64,000 bases of DNA, from positions 130,884,001 through 130,948,000 of the forward strand of contig NW_024704742.1 in the NCBI RefSeq assembly GCF_018977255.1, written 5' to 3'. This document shows, in pieces, positions 38,180 to 49,977 of this stretch. The notes under the pieces are model-generated. The model made no database searches. It had not been told where the DNA came from and was given only the letters and a program-made list of their open reading frames with translations. Position 1 is the first letter of the stretch, and each line of letters begins with the position of its first letter. This DNA is from Callorhinchus milii (lineage: Eukaryota). A program made the translations under genes and the position numbers.

Positions 38180-38502
38180 CCTGTAGCTCAGTGGTTAGAG
38201 CACTCGCTTTGCAAGCGAGAGACCTGAGTTCAATTCCAGGCAGAGGGCAAAACCTTGGGCAAGTTTCCTTACTCCACACGCCTAATAGTAATCCCTCCAA
38301 AAACAACAAAACAATAATAAATTGGTCATTTTCAATCTGCGACTGTTTGTGGGACATTGCTGTGCGCAATTGGCTGCCGCATTCGCCCACAAATATGCAG
38401 TCAATTCACGTTACAGTGTGTTCTGTGAAGCGCTTTGGGATGTCCTCCCGACGTGAAAAGCGCTATATCAAATGCAAGGATTATTATTATTATTATTATT
38501 AT
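38180..38502 (+). mobile_element. SINE family A, short (young) variant, with apparent target-site duplication TATAGCACCT
   Basis: Full element. The same 10-mer occurs at 38173-38182 and 38500-38509. Confidence 0.9.
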
Positions 38503-38625
38503 AGCACCTCCATGTCAGCCAAAACATCCCATTTGCATGAAGTTGTGTATATTTAATAAAGGAAAAGAACAAATAGGTTTTACCCATCTTAACATGCTAT
38601 GTTTTTCTTTTCTGTTTATGTAAAG

Positions 38626-38851
38626 CTATGAAGCCTCGCTTGTTGACTTGGTGGATTCATTGAGTCCGATTTCCTTACAAAAGCCCAAGCTGCACACCAA
38701 GCACTTGCATAACAAGCTGAGAAAGAGCAGCGCAGGTTACAGCGGCAGCCAGTGGCTACGGTCCAAGCCAGCGATAGCTTCAACACACTTTGGGGAATCG
38801 TGTGAAGATCTTGAAGAAAGCCGAATGCTGGAAGCCATTTTCTTCATTTAG
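38626..38851 (+). CDS. KIAA1328: KIAA1328 terminal coding exon, to stop codon TAG
   Basis: Pyrimidine tract gtttttcttttctgtttatgtaaag|C, then YEASLVDLVDSLSPIS...EDLEESRMLEAIFFI*. This matches the remembered hinderin C-terminus (YETSLLDLVQSLSP...EENQILEDIFFI). Confidence 0.9.
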
Positions 38852-40230
38852 GAAAACAGGTCGGACTGTCTCCCTTGGGGTGATTGAACCATTATGATAT
38901 TCGATTTCCATCTTCAAAACAGCACCGGCTCCACAAGGAATATGTGCACGTAGCAACCGCGGCTGACTGGTGTAACACAGCTACGAGCCTGCGTGGCGGA
39001 GCACATGGACAAAGCTAGCTTTGCCACTTAATCCACAATATATTCATTCACTAAATACTGGGATTGTTACAGAACTCATGCCAAATGTGATATCACAATA
39101 TATTTATAATTATGTTGGTGAATTTTGTGCATCATTCTGCTCATTTTAACTGCAATATCTTCTCAGTTCTGTCTTGTGTTTTATGGTGGTTACTGCAGAG
39201 GAGATGAGGGAAGCAGAAATACTATAGTCACCACGTTTCTCAGTACTGAGTATGCGGGTTGGGATCTGTTGATTCCAAGAGAGAAGTCTCATTACTGCCA
39301 GTGGTTTGAATTGTGCCCAAGATCAGAATTTATTTTTCAGAGCTCAGCTGTTTTCATTGTGAGTCTATTTATATTGCACATTTTCATTGCTTTCTTTCTT
39401 TGTAGGAAAAACAAGTAAAAAGTGTGAAGCCATGTCATATAACTTAAGCAGTTCCCTTTTTCACATGTTCCCAAGAGACTGACTGAAAAGACTGTCGAGT
39501 CTAGGCTGTGACATTGTGTGAGAAGACTGTGGCTATCATACACTTCTTTAAGGTAACTCTGATAGAATGTGTACCATCAGTGCTGTGCGTAGATCAGCAT
39601 AGCTAATGTAGGGAACAAGGTCTGTCAAATAAGTTATCTTGCAGTCATTAAATGATTTCTACACAATGAACTATTTTTAGTCTCCCAGTAACTGTTTGGT
39701 TAGTTGATTACATATTGAACATCCCACAATCTGGTTTAATGTTTGCCTTGACATAACAGACTTCAGATATTTGCTATTTTTATGTAACTCCAGTATTGTG
39801 AAGGTATTGTTAAAGATCCCATGACACTATTTGGAAAGAGAAGAGAGTTTCTCCCGGTGACCTGGCCAACAATTCCCTAATTAAATTTGGTTCTCACTCC
39901 ATGGCTGTTTGTGGGGTGTTGCTGTATCAAATTGGATGCTGCGTTTGCCTACAAGACACAGTCATCACACAGTAAATCTGTGAAGGGCTTTGAAACATGC
40001 GCCTGATGCATCAAATTCACGGTTTATTATTTTGCTATTTTGCTGAGATTTCTGATTGTGTGCACTGGTATTCTGTATTAAGAATTTTTATGAAATCTTA
40101 TTTTCACATGAGGCTGTGTTACTTACAGGGACAATGCCACATTAAATGTGTGCTGGTGGGATGTGCAGTGTTGCACTGGGAAAGATTGCAGCTAAAGTAA
40201 CATAATAAAGTACAGTAATTCATTATCATA
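38852..40230 (+). other. Putative KIAA1328 3' UTR; the end is uncertain (AATAAA at 40204-40209, ATTAAA at 39647-39652)
   Basis: Sequence downstream of the stop codon with candidate polyadenylation hexamers. No transcript evidence. Confidence 0.3.
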
Positions 40231-41067
40231 TGTTTGGCGGGTCTGGTACTGAGGTAAGGTCTTACCTAGGATTCGGGCCGATACTGAAATGTATCAATGA
40301 TACAGTGCATTAACTTCAATTTGTAATGTGCCTGAGTGTCAAAATATGCATTTCACAGATTACAAACTGTTGCATAAAATAATTTGCCTTTCATTAACAC
40401 TGACTTTTTAAGACAAAAATATTGATATTGATGGGAGAATTATGAACAATAAGTACATAGATTTGAGCTGAAATAAAATCTATACAAAGGGGCTTTGTCC
40501 TGGCCTTCTATTTAGAACAGTTTAAAATGAAATGCATTAAATCGGGTGTAATTTGAGGTATTGGGATTTCTCTTAATGAAGAATTTGACTTATGCATCTA
40601 GGGTGGATTACAGCAACTAGAATTACAATGCCAATTTGTGGGAGCTTTTCTCCTATCCCATCTACTTTTGATTAGAGCTCCTGCCGGCCGATGGGAATTT
40701 TGAACCATTCTCCTGTTAAAAAATAACGCAAATTACACCCTGATGTCCTTCTGCTCAGACACATAATAACAAGGTTCTTCCTACAGACTCTTAGGGACCA
40801 ATAATATACCTATTTTGACTTGAATGTTTTTCAGCTGGGACCATAACAACACTTTTGTATAAAGAGATTTTAAATAAAATTATTTGTTAAAGGAGATGGG
40901 TTTGGGTTTGCTCACCTGATTCATGTATTTTTTAATAAAAGCTGAGTTTGCGGTATTGAAATACTGTTTTTTTTGCTTATTCCCTCTGTTACGGAACAAA
41001 ATCATTTTGTTGAAGAAACTTCATTTATTTTGTTTCACCTCTGGCTGGTATTTTCAGCCTGGCTTGG

Positions 41068-42190
41068 TTGGTAGCACTCTCGCCTCCGTGGCAGAACCCT
41101 ATGGACTCACGCTCCACATTGGGAATTTGAGCTCACTAGGCTGACATTCTAGTCCAGTGCTGCGGGAACACTACATTGCGTCCTTTGGATGCAATGTTAT
41201 AACTGTCTGCCTGTTCAGGTGGATATTAAAGGTCCCATGGCATTATTTGAAAAGTGAATGGGGTTTCTCCCAGTGTCCTGGCTAACAGTTTTCCAGATTC
41301 TGCACATATGATGCTATACAATTGGTCATTCATTCCATGGTTATTTGGGGGACATTGTTGTGTGCTAATTGTTTGCTTACAAATACACAGTCACTACACT
41401 TTGCAGTAAAGTTTTAGACGCAATCTAGGGCGTCAGGTTCGATCCCCAATTATCCTTCCTCCCCCACGTCCGGTCCCTCACCAGCACCGCTTTGTTCCAC
41501 CTCTGACGCAACGCCCGTTTCCGCCAATACCTCTCAAAAGCCGCTGAAACTCTGGTCCATACCTTTGCTACTTCTCAACTGGACTACTCTAACGACCTCC
41601 TCACCGGTCTCCCATCCACTACCATCCATGAAATCCAAATCATTCAAAACTCTGCTGCCCGCATTCTCACCGCAGAAAAACTCCGTTCCCCGATCACCCC
41701 AGTCCTTGCCAGACTGCTCTGGCTGCCTATCCCAGAGAGGATCGATTTCAAGGTCCTCACCCTTGTATTCAAGTCCCTGCACTCCTCCGCACACCCCCTA
41801 TCTCTCTGACCTCTCTCTTCAAAACAGTTCCCGTTGCCTTCGTTCCTCCGTGTTTGGCCTCCTCCTCGTCCCCAGAGTCCTCCGCTCCACGGCTGCCGTG
41901 CCTTCAGCCACTATGCCTTGAAGCTCTGGAACTCCCTTCCTCACTCCCTTCGTCTCGCTCCCACCCTTCCTATTTTCAGCACTCTACTGACGACCTTTCT
42001 TTTCGACCGCGCCTTTGGTCACCTTCCTCCCCCTCCCCCCGGCTCGGTCCAGGGATCCGTTACTGTGAAGCGCTCTGAGATGCCTTCCGGTGTGGAGGGC
42101 GCTATATAAATCCAAGTTGTTGTTGTTGTAAATCCTTTAAAGTGCTTCTAGATGTTTGATGACTTGATAAGGTGTTTCAACAAATAATTA
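41068..42190 (+). mobile_element. SINE family B (41068-41415, resuming at ~42130-42190) interrupted by an L2 3' fragment (~41430-42129)
   Basis: B core ctgcctgttcaggtggatattaaaggtcccatggcatt. L2 remnant CRAFSHYALKLWNSLP ending in ggcgctatataaatccaa(gtt)n. Confidence 0.8.
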
Positions 42191-43232
42191 TTCTGACTGA
42201 ATGGGCAACTAATATGAAGCACCTTTCATTCCTCATCTGAACTAGGTTACCTTTTGTGTAAATAAAATCCACAGCAGAATGTATTAGTATTGGACTTTGC
42301 TGCCTTTATTGGTTGACCCAACTCTGTAACAAGCCCAATACTATTGTGATTCTTTGTTTAAATCTCCATTACATTTCAAATGTCTATTGAAAGGTTCCTG
42401 CCTCTGCCTGCAGGAACTACAAAGGATGAATGATCGATTTGTTTAAGAAATGGGACTCCAGTAAGTATTGAATTATGTTTTAGTTTCTTTAGGCTTGTGC
42501 ATGCAAGTCAAAAACAATTTGCAGTTGAATGTTCTTTCTACATGTAATTTTATTTAAAAAAATTGGATTGTAAATTTGTTGGAACATTAATGCATGAAAA
42601 TGTTTCTATGTGTAGTTAGTTGTTTGAGTGTCGGAAAAAGCCACAACATTTTTGCACACAAAAAACAATATTACTGAGAGAAAAATACTTTGAAATTTGG
42701 ATCTTCCCTTTCTATTATCGATCCAGAACTAGATTATTGTGGAGTTTCCTCAGGCAATACATATCATTTCATCCCAGTTTGTTATCTATTTAATGAAAAT
42801 AACAATTAATATACAAGCTGGGTATTGTTACAACCCACAACACTACTGTGAACAATTGCTCTGGATGGGGTTAATCTTAATCTTAAATTGCTATTTCAGA
42901 TGTGGATTTTACTTCTGCTGTTTAATATTTAGCATGCAAGAGTCAGTGCATTGTACACATAAGATGCTATAGGATTTGTTTTGCCTGTTGCACAATAGGA
43001 AGCCGTAGTTCACATATCACCTTTAGAGATCCAAGATTCAGAATATACAGGATGATGATACTTATGAGAAGCACTGCAGGCATAAGCTGCACATTGTATT
43101 TTTTTCCAGCTGAGGCAGTTGAACTGTATTTAAAAGCACTGTTCCACTGATACCAACTTGGACCCAACTCTAACCAGTTCACTACCATTGTGATTGTCTG
43201 ATTAAACGACCTCCATTGCATTTATATATGTA

Positions 43233-43549
43233 CTAGCTGTACCCGTTGCAGCTACGTTTGCAACCAAAGGATCCAATATAGAATGTAGATTTCAGTGATA
43301 CCACTCCCAAACCATTTAATATGCCATAAACCCTATGTGCACACCTTAAGCAAAACTGCCATACATGTGTGATGAACTTGTTTAGGTCATAGCTCATCAA
43401 TGATAGGAGTTACCCCCCAAAAAATATATGCCCCTGACACTCCCCCATACAAGACCTTTCCGATGAGGTTTAAATCGTGTCTCTACATCAATTGGTTATT
43501 GATTTCTTGGTTGACACACAGACAGACATTACGTCTTTATTAGTGTAGA
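43233..43549 (-). mobile_element. Non-autonomous Helitron-like element (~317 bp)
   Basis: Minus strand starts A|TCTACACTAATAAAG and ends CTAG|T, with a subterminal hairpin GTTGCA-N8-TGCAAC (43245-43264) 8 nt from the CTAG and no TSD. Confidence 0.7.
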
Positions 43550-44522
43550 TGTAGATAGAAGATAGATGTGTATTAACAAACTACCTAACTTTGTTGAGTC
43601 AAACAGTCTGTCATTTGATGTTTGGCCATTACTACTGCTTGGTTTTCTGTGACCTATCTAGTCTTTGTAAGAATGTGCCTTGTCCTTGTCAAAATAAAAA
43701 TCTAATTTGGATTTGATGTGAAGTCGGTCAATATTGCACTGAGTTAGTATAATGTTAACATATAATTAAATTTGCGTCTTAGTTCTTAAAATTTCAGTTC
43801 TAAGAATTGTAAAGAAAATCTAATTATAGATTAGATTTTGCGCCCAAATCCAATCCAATGAAACATTGGACTCAGTAAAGAAATCTAATGGACTTCAGGA
43901 ATTTTCAGAAAATTGTGTTTATCATCCCTATCTTATCATCCCTATGCTGCTGAAACCCACATTCATACTTTTGTCATCTCCTGCCTCGATTTTTTCCACT
44001 CCTCTCCGGTCTCCCCAGCTCCACTGTAAACGAGGTCCAATGATACAAACCTTTGCCGCCCATATCCTCACCTGTATCAGGCTCCACACCCCCACGATCC
44101 CAGTCCTTGCCAGGCTCCACTTGCTCCCTGTTGCAATGGATTGATTTCAAGATCCTCAAGATTGATTTCAACACCCCCTATCTCTCTGATCTACTGACAT
44201 CCCACTCCACTACAAAAACACATTAAGAACTATTAAAGGTAGGTGTAGCTGGCCTTCCAAATGGAAATACGTATCATATCTTCAGACTGGAAATACCATG
44301 ATATTTTGATGACTGGCCAGCCAGTCTGGTTCATCGATACGTCTTGGAGGGTCAGACTGGGAGCAGGGATTCTTCCCAATCAGCTCCTGTTAATCCTGCA
44401 AGCCAAAGCTCTAATGTGCAGGTGATCTTAGTAGGATGAGCAGAGGGAAGCTTGCCAGGTAGTTCTTTTAATGGTAAGCTACATAGTTTTAGCTGGTTAA
44501 ACTCCATGAGTACCCCAGCATA

Positions 44523-46149
44523 ACAACAACAACAAGATTACAAATACATTTATATAGCGCCTTTCACGTCGGGAGGACGTCCCAAGGTGCTGGACAGTGT
44601 ACAGCATTTCAGACCCGAGCTGGGGTCAGGGGGGGAGAAGGGAGGGGAGGGGAAGGGGGGTGGCTGATGGCATGGTTGAAGAGGAGGGTCTTGAGGTGGG
44701 ACTTGAAGGAGGCTAAGGAGGGGGCGAGGTGGAGTGATTGGGGGATGGAATTCCAAAGGTTGGGGGCAGAGTGGCTGAAGGCTCTCTCGCCAATGGTGGG
44801 GCGGATGGGTCAGGGGACGTGGAGCAGGCCAGAGCCGACTGAGCGGAGGGAGCGGGCGGGTTGATAGGGGATTAGCAGTTCACAGAGGTAGGGTGGGGCG
44901 AGACCGTGAAGAGCTTTGTAGGTGAGGACCAGAATCTTGAACTGGATCCTCTGAAGGATAGGGAGCCAATGGAGTTGGGTGAGAATGGGGGAGATGGGGT
45001 CATGGAGTTCAGTGCGGGAGAGGACACAGGCTGCAGGGTTCTGGATTTTCTGCAGCTTGTGGAGGGAGGAGTTGGGAAGGCCGACAAGCAGGGCGTTTGC
45101 ATAGTCGAGCCTGGAGATGATGAAGGCATGAACAAGTTTCAGCGGCCTGAGGGGTGAGGTAGTGGCGGAGTCGGGCGATATTTCGGAGGTGAGGGAAGGC
45201 AGAGCGGGTCACGGCTTGGATGTGGGGAAGAAAAGACAGTTGAGGGTCGAACAAGACACCGAGGTTCCTGACTGACTTGGTGAGTTGTAGTGTGCAACCA
45301 TGGAGGTTGATGTTGCCAGAGCCTGAGGTGCAGAGGCGCTGGCGTGAGCCAATCAGGAGGGCCTCAGTCTTGTTCACATTCAACTGTAGGAAATTTGCCC
45401 TCATCCAGGGCTTGATGTCCGACAGCAGTGATCCTGGAGTTGAGGGTGGAGGCAGAAAGATAGAGTTGGGTGTCATCCACATACATATGGAAGTTGACTC
45501 CATGTCTGCGGATGATGTCACCAAAGGGGAGCATGTAGATATTAAAGAGGAGAGGGCCAAGGACAGAGCCCTGGGGGACACCAGACGTGACATTACAGGA
45601 GCTGGAGAAGAAACCATTAGAGGCAACAAAGTGGAGATGGTGAGAGAGAGAGGAATCGAACCAGGCAAGGGCAGGTCCGCGAAGATTAAGTAAAACGGAG
45701 AGGTGGTGTATGAGGATGGAGTGGTTGAGTGTCGAAGGCGGCAGAGAGGTCGAGGAGGACAAGGAGGCAGAGGGAGCCCTGATCACAGATTTTCAGAATG
45801 TCATTAGTGACTTTGACCAGGGCTGTTTCCATGCTGTGGGCAGCGCAGAAGCAAGATTGGAGGGGTTCAAAGAGGGAATGGCGAGAGAGAAAGGAGCGGA
45901 GCTGGGATGCGACAACTCATTCTAAGACCTTGGAGAGGAATGGGAGTTTAGAGCTGGGGCGGTAGCTGGAGAGAAGGGATGGATGGGTCCAGGGAAGGTT
46001 TTTTCAAGATGGGGGTGATGACGGCTGTTTTTAGGGGGGTGGGAACAACCTGTGGACAAGGAGAGGTTGATGACGTCGGACAGGAGAGGGGCCAGAAGGT
46101 GGAGCTGGGAGATGAGGAGAGAGGTGGTATACTCACAGGCAGGTATCAG
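44523..46149 (-). mobile_element. 5'-truncated L2 LINE (~1.6 kb) with a frameshifted reverse transcriptase
   Basis: RT motifs GVPQGSVLGPLLFNIYMLP, FHMYVDDTQLY, WMRANFLQLNVNKTEALL and RNLGVLFD split over several frames. Intact 3' tail and (GTT)n end. Confidence 0.93.
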
Positions 46150-46362
46150 AGCATACTCTGGTACCTCCAAACTTTGGCTCTTGCCAAGTACTCCCTAGAA
46201 TTCGATAAGCAGGATGTGACCCTCTGAGGAGAGAGCCTGCATTTCATTCCAGACACAGGAATTTCCATGTGTGGCTGGGATACATGGAACTTTGGTTTGG
46301 ATACTCTTAAGCTTAGTGATTGAGTTTCCATATGTGTTGAGATACCCGGCTGACCAAAAAAA
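46150..46362 (+). repeat. Unclassified interspersed repeat family C, 3' part ending CCCGGCTGACC-A tract
   Basis: Homologous segments at ~27840-28015 (-), ~28123-28230 (-), ~30340-30520 (+), ~44330-44520 (+), ~52400-52490 (-) and ~56470-56585 (+). Confidence 0.7.
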
Positions 46363-46572
46363 CAACAACCTGCATTTATATAGCGCTCTTCACATAGGGT
46401 AGTGTCCTGGAGCGCTTCACAGTGGTGGAGTCTGACATTGAGCCAAATGCAAAAGGCATCTGTACTGCCACCTCCTTCCCCCTCTGCACCAAATTCCCAC
46501 TCTCACCAAATTCCTGCTGTAGGGGCCTCTATCTGTTCCGACCTCACTTCATTCCCAGCTTGCTCCGTTGGG

Positions 46573-46595
46573 CTCTCTCTCTCTCTCTCTCTCTC
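46573..46595. repeat. (CT)n microsatellite
   Basis: Direct reading. Confidence 0.9.
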
Positions 46596-48442
46596 AAAAA
46601 AAAGGACATTTTGACAACAATTTATCTGCAACACTGGCTAATTGTAACACTCCACTGCTTCTCCACTGGCAATTGGGAAACTCAGCACAGGCGTGAATTG
46701 AACTGATGTCTTTCTTATATACTGTGGCTCAGAGGCATGCCACAGGGTGTATCAGGAGATCAACATTTTAATCCTCATTTCTCCAATGAAAAGATCTTTG
46801 CATCACCTTCCTCAGCTGCGAGGCCAGACGGGACTGTTCCTTGCTACCTGTAACACCTCATCGACCGCCTCCGTTTTCACTGCACTGAGACGGAGCAGAT
46901 GGCTGCGGCCAGGTTTTTTNCTGTACACTTAGACCCAGACAAGATGCTTGTGAAGCAGATTATTTAACAGATGAGCTGAGAACTGACGAATTACATTGCG
47001 CATTGGAAGCAAACTAGGTTTAAATGTTGCCTCGAACCATGTCAAACTTGTGGTTACTTTCTTTGACTTGGCATTAATGTTGTCTAAATGCTGCAGCTGA
47101 AATGTTTGCGGTACTAACCACACTTGGCATTTCTCCTCACGTCTGCTCATATTATCCATCTTTTATGAGACTCATATAGCCCAGGGATGTAAAACCACTT
47201 TCTTCATCCAGTCATGCATTGCGTTTTAATTTTATTTCCTATATAAAAGTTCGCCGGCTGCTACCAAACCCCTTCATTTCAGTGGAGCGGAATTGCTGCC
47301 ATAACCTTTTGTTAACCTACGGTTGTTTCACCAGCTGTGTTTGTCAATGGGAAATTTTAATGAAAAGTGGAGATCGAAGTTTTTTCCAGTCTGACACATT
47401 TCAGGCACAGTTTGGTCTGAGCATCATCACCAATATCATCCCTGAACTTAAGCTTTCAAGGTTTGTTTCGATCAGATGTGTTTGTTTCTAAAGCTTTATT
47501 TTGTGACCAGATAATCCCACAAATAAAATCGGTCACTCATTCCATGGCTGTTTGTGGGAAGGGCATTGCTGTGCGCAAACTGGCTGCCGTGTTTTGCCCA
47601 TGAATACACAGTTACTCCACTTTACAGTAAATTTGCTTTGAGACGTCTTGACGATGTGATAAGGTTCTATATCAAATGCAAGGATTATTATTATTTAATT
47701 CCCATCTATCGCTTTGAGTACACCTATGGCCGCCTCCCCTTCTTCCCTCTCGCTTGCTTGGAGTCTGACCCCATCTTTGCACAGTGGCCCGAGCCATTAG
47801 CCTACATGGAGGGTGCTTTATAAATGCAAGTTGTTGTTGTTGTTGTTCTGTTGATACATCAACAAGCGGGGGTAATCTTTCACTATTTAAGGTCATTCTT
47901 ATCATACAAGTTTGGAGAAATAATACAACTTTGTCCTCTGCACATGTCGACAAAACGACAAGACTGAATTGACAAGACTGGGCCCGAAAGGGTCTTCTTC
48001 AACCACACCGATTCTTGTGAACCTTTCTTCCCTAGTTGTGTGCTCCACACGTAATCTGTTGCCTGCAGAAGTCAGTGTGCAGTAGTTTCGTCTCTTTGTG
48101 TAGCGTTATTTTGTTCAAGGTCATGTTGTCTGGAAATTTGATATGGTTAATTTTAATCTAATCATATTGGTTCGGCGGTATGCCAGTCTAAAGCCTGCGT
48201 ATGACTTTCAGTCAGCCAGCTAAGCTTTAGTTATTTATGAAGTAATGTTAGTTTTCTGTTGTGTGCGAATGGCGTGCATGCATGATTGAAAGCCGCATTA
48301 ATAATTTGTGATGTACAATGATACTGCAATTTTTAAACCTTTTCTTGGGAAACGTTCAACACTTTTTGGGGGATATTCTTGTCCCCTTGAAATGTAATAA
48401 GATTTTTGTTGCATAAGTAGTTTTTCACTCATCTCGGAATTG

Positions 48443-48925
48443 AATAATAATCCTTGTATTTGATATAGCATCTCATCACATCAGGAAGACATCTCGAAGC
48501 CCTTCATAGGATTTTATTGTAAAATTAAGTGACTGTGATTTCGGCAGTAGATTTGCATACAGCAATGTCCCACGAATAGCCCTGAAGTGAGTGACCACTT
48601 TTATCCAGAGGATTTTCACCAGGACTTCTCTCTTCAAATAGCACCATGAGATCTTTAATCTTTAATTTTTAATCTTTAATGTCCACCTGCACATTGATTT
48701 TGACACTTCACGTGGCCTCTTAACAAACCAGCGCTCCCCTAGTACCATGTTGTAGAATTAAGTGAGTTCAGGGAAACCCAAGGATGAAATTCGGATAAAG
48801 AACTTGGCTCGAAGGTGATCTGAGTTGGAGCTGAATTTACACAGGTCAGTGTGAAGTAAATGAGTTTGTAGTTGCAAAGTGTGGCTTGAATCTCTGACCC
48901 GAAGCGAGAGTGCTGCTAACTGAGT
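48443..48925 (-). mobile_element. Degraded SINE family B copy
   Basis: Tail, core (tcttcaaatagcaccatgagatcttt...gtccacctg) and head remnant (ggcttgaatc...gcgagagtgctgctaactgag). Confidence 0.65.
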
Positions 48926-49296
48926 CAGGCTGAAGTGCGCCCAGTGCACTGTCAACTGTGGTTGATTCCTGCCCGGCCTGATCTGGCCACACTGTTTACA
49001 TGACAACATTAAATGTCAATATTTTCAAACATCATCAGTGTTTTAAAATCCTTGTTGGAGATGAATTATTCAGTAAGAATTCAATGTACTTCAGAGTTTT
49101 GATAACGTGGGGTCAATGGCTTCTGGAAAACCTAGTGTGCAGGAATTCAGCCTTTGCTTCCTGCACCCACTTAGACAAATAATGAATACCAACTCTTGTC
49201 AGGAACACAGTGAGGTTGAAAAAGTGATCATTGCAGCGTGAATAGTGCCTGACGCTGGGGGAAAAGTTACCTGGGACATAAAGTACATCTGAAGGG

Positions 49297-49750
49297 AACA
49301 ACAACAGCTTGCCTTTATATGGCGCCTTTCAGGAGGGGCAGTGTCTCGGAGTGCTGAGCAATAATGTAGTTTGGGAGAGAAAGCTGGGGAGAAACGCGAG
49401 GTGACCGTAGGCGCGGTCGAAGAGGAGAGTTTCCAGGTGCGATCTGAGGGATTGAGGCAGGGAGGTCCACAGGTTCGGGGCTTAGTGGCTGAAGGTACAG
49501 CCACTGATGGTACTGATGGCCACAAGAAAGTACGGGAGACCTGAGCTGACCAAGCAAAGTGGGTGGACAGAGGTGTGGGGTGTGAGTAGGTTGGGGAACT
49601 GGAAGGTGCTAGGGCATGAAGTGATTTGTAGATATGTGTAAGGATCTTGTAATTGATCCATTCTGAAATGGAGTCAATGGAGCCTGGAAAGCACTTGGGT
49701 GATGGGAGTGCGGAGTTTCATACGGGTGGTGGAACTCACACTGAATTGTG
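49297..49750 (-). mobile_element. Degraded L2 LINE 3' fragment
   Basis: (CAA)n end, tttatatggcgcctttca tail, and homology to the other L2 3' ends. Confidence 0.75.
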
Positions 49751-49756
49751 TAAATT

Positions 49757-49977
49757 CAGCTTTTTTTCTCCTAACAAACATAATTTCTTCTTGAACCATT
49801 TTAAAAAAAAAATCCTGTTGCAAATGAACAATCACGGGCTAAAAGTGGAACAGCTGCTTTGTGAAACATCTGTCAATCTTATTTTGGAGAAGTTAACTTT
49901 TTACGACTTTAATTTCCAGATTGATGGCAGCTATTTGACATTATTAACTTGTGACATTGTGAACCCCAAGAATATTT
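49757..49977. repeat. Copy 2 of the ~215-bp direct duplication (partner 35862-36076)
   Basis: As for copy 1. Abuts the truncated end of the L2 fragment. Confidence 0.95.

Noticed and set aside
45009..45786. Long ORFs with reverse transcriptase motifs (also 60823-61737)
   Set aside because: Frameshifted, 5'-truncated L2 relics with no endonuclease domain. Not a retron, DGR or domesticated gene on this evidence.
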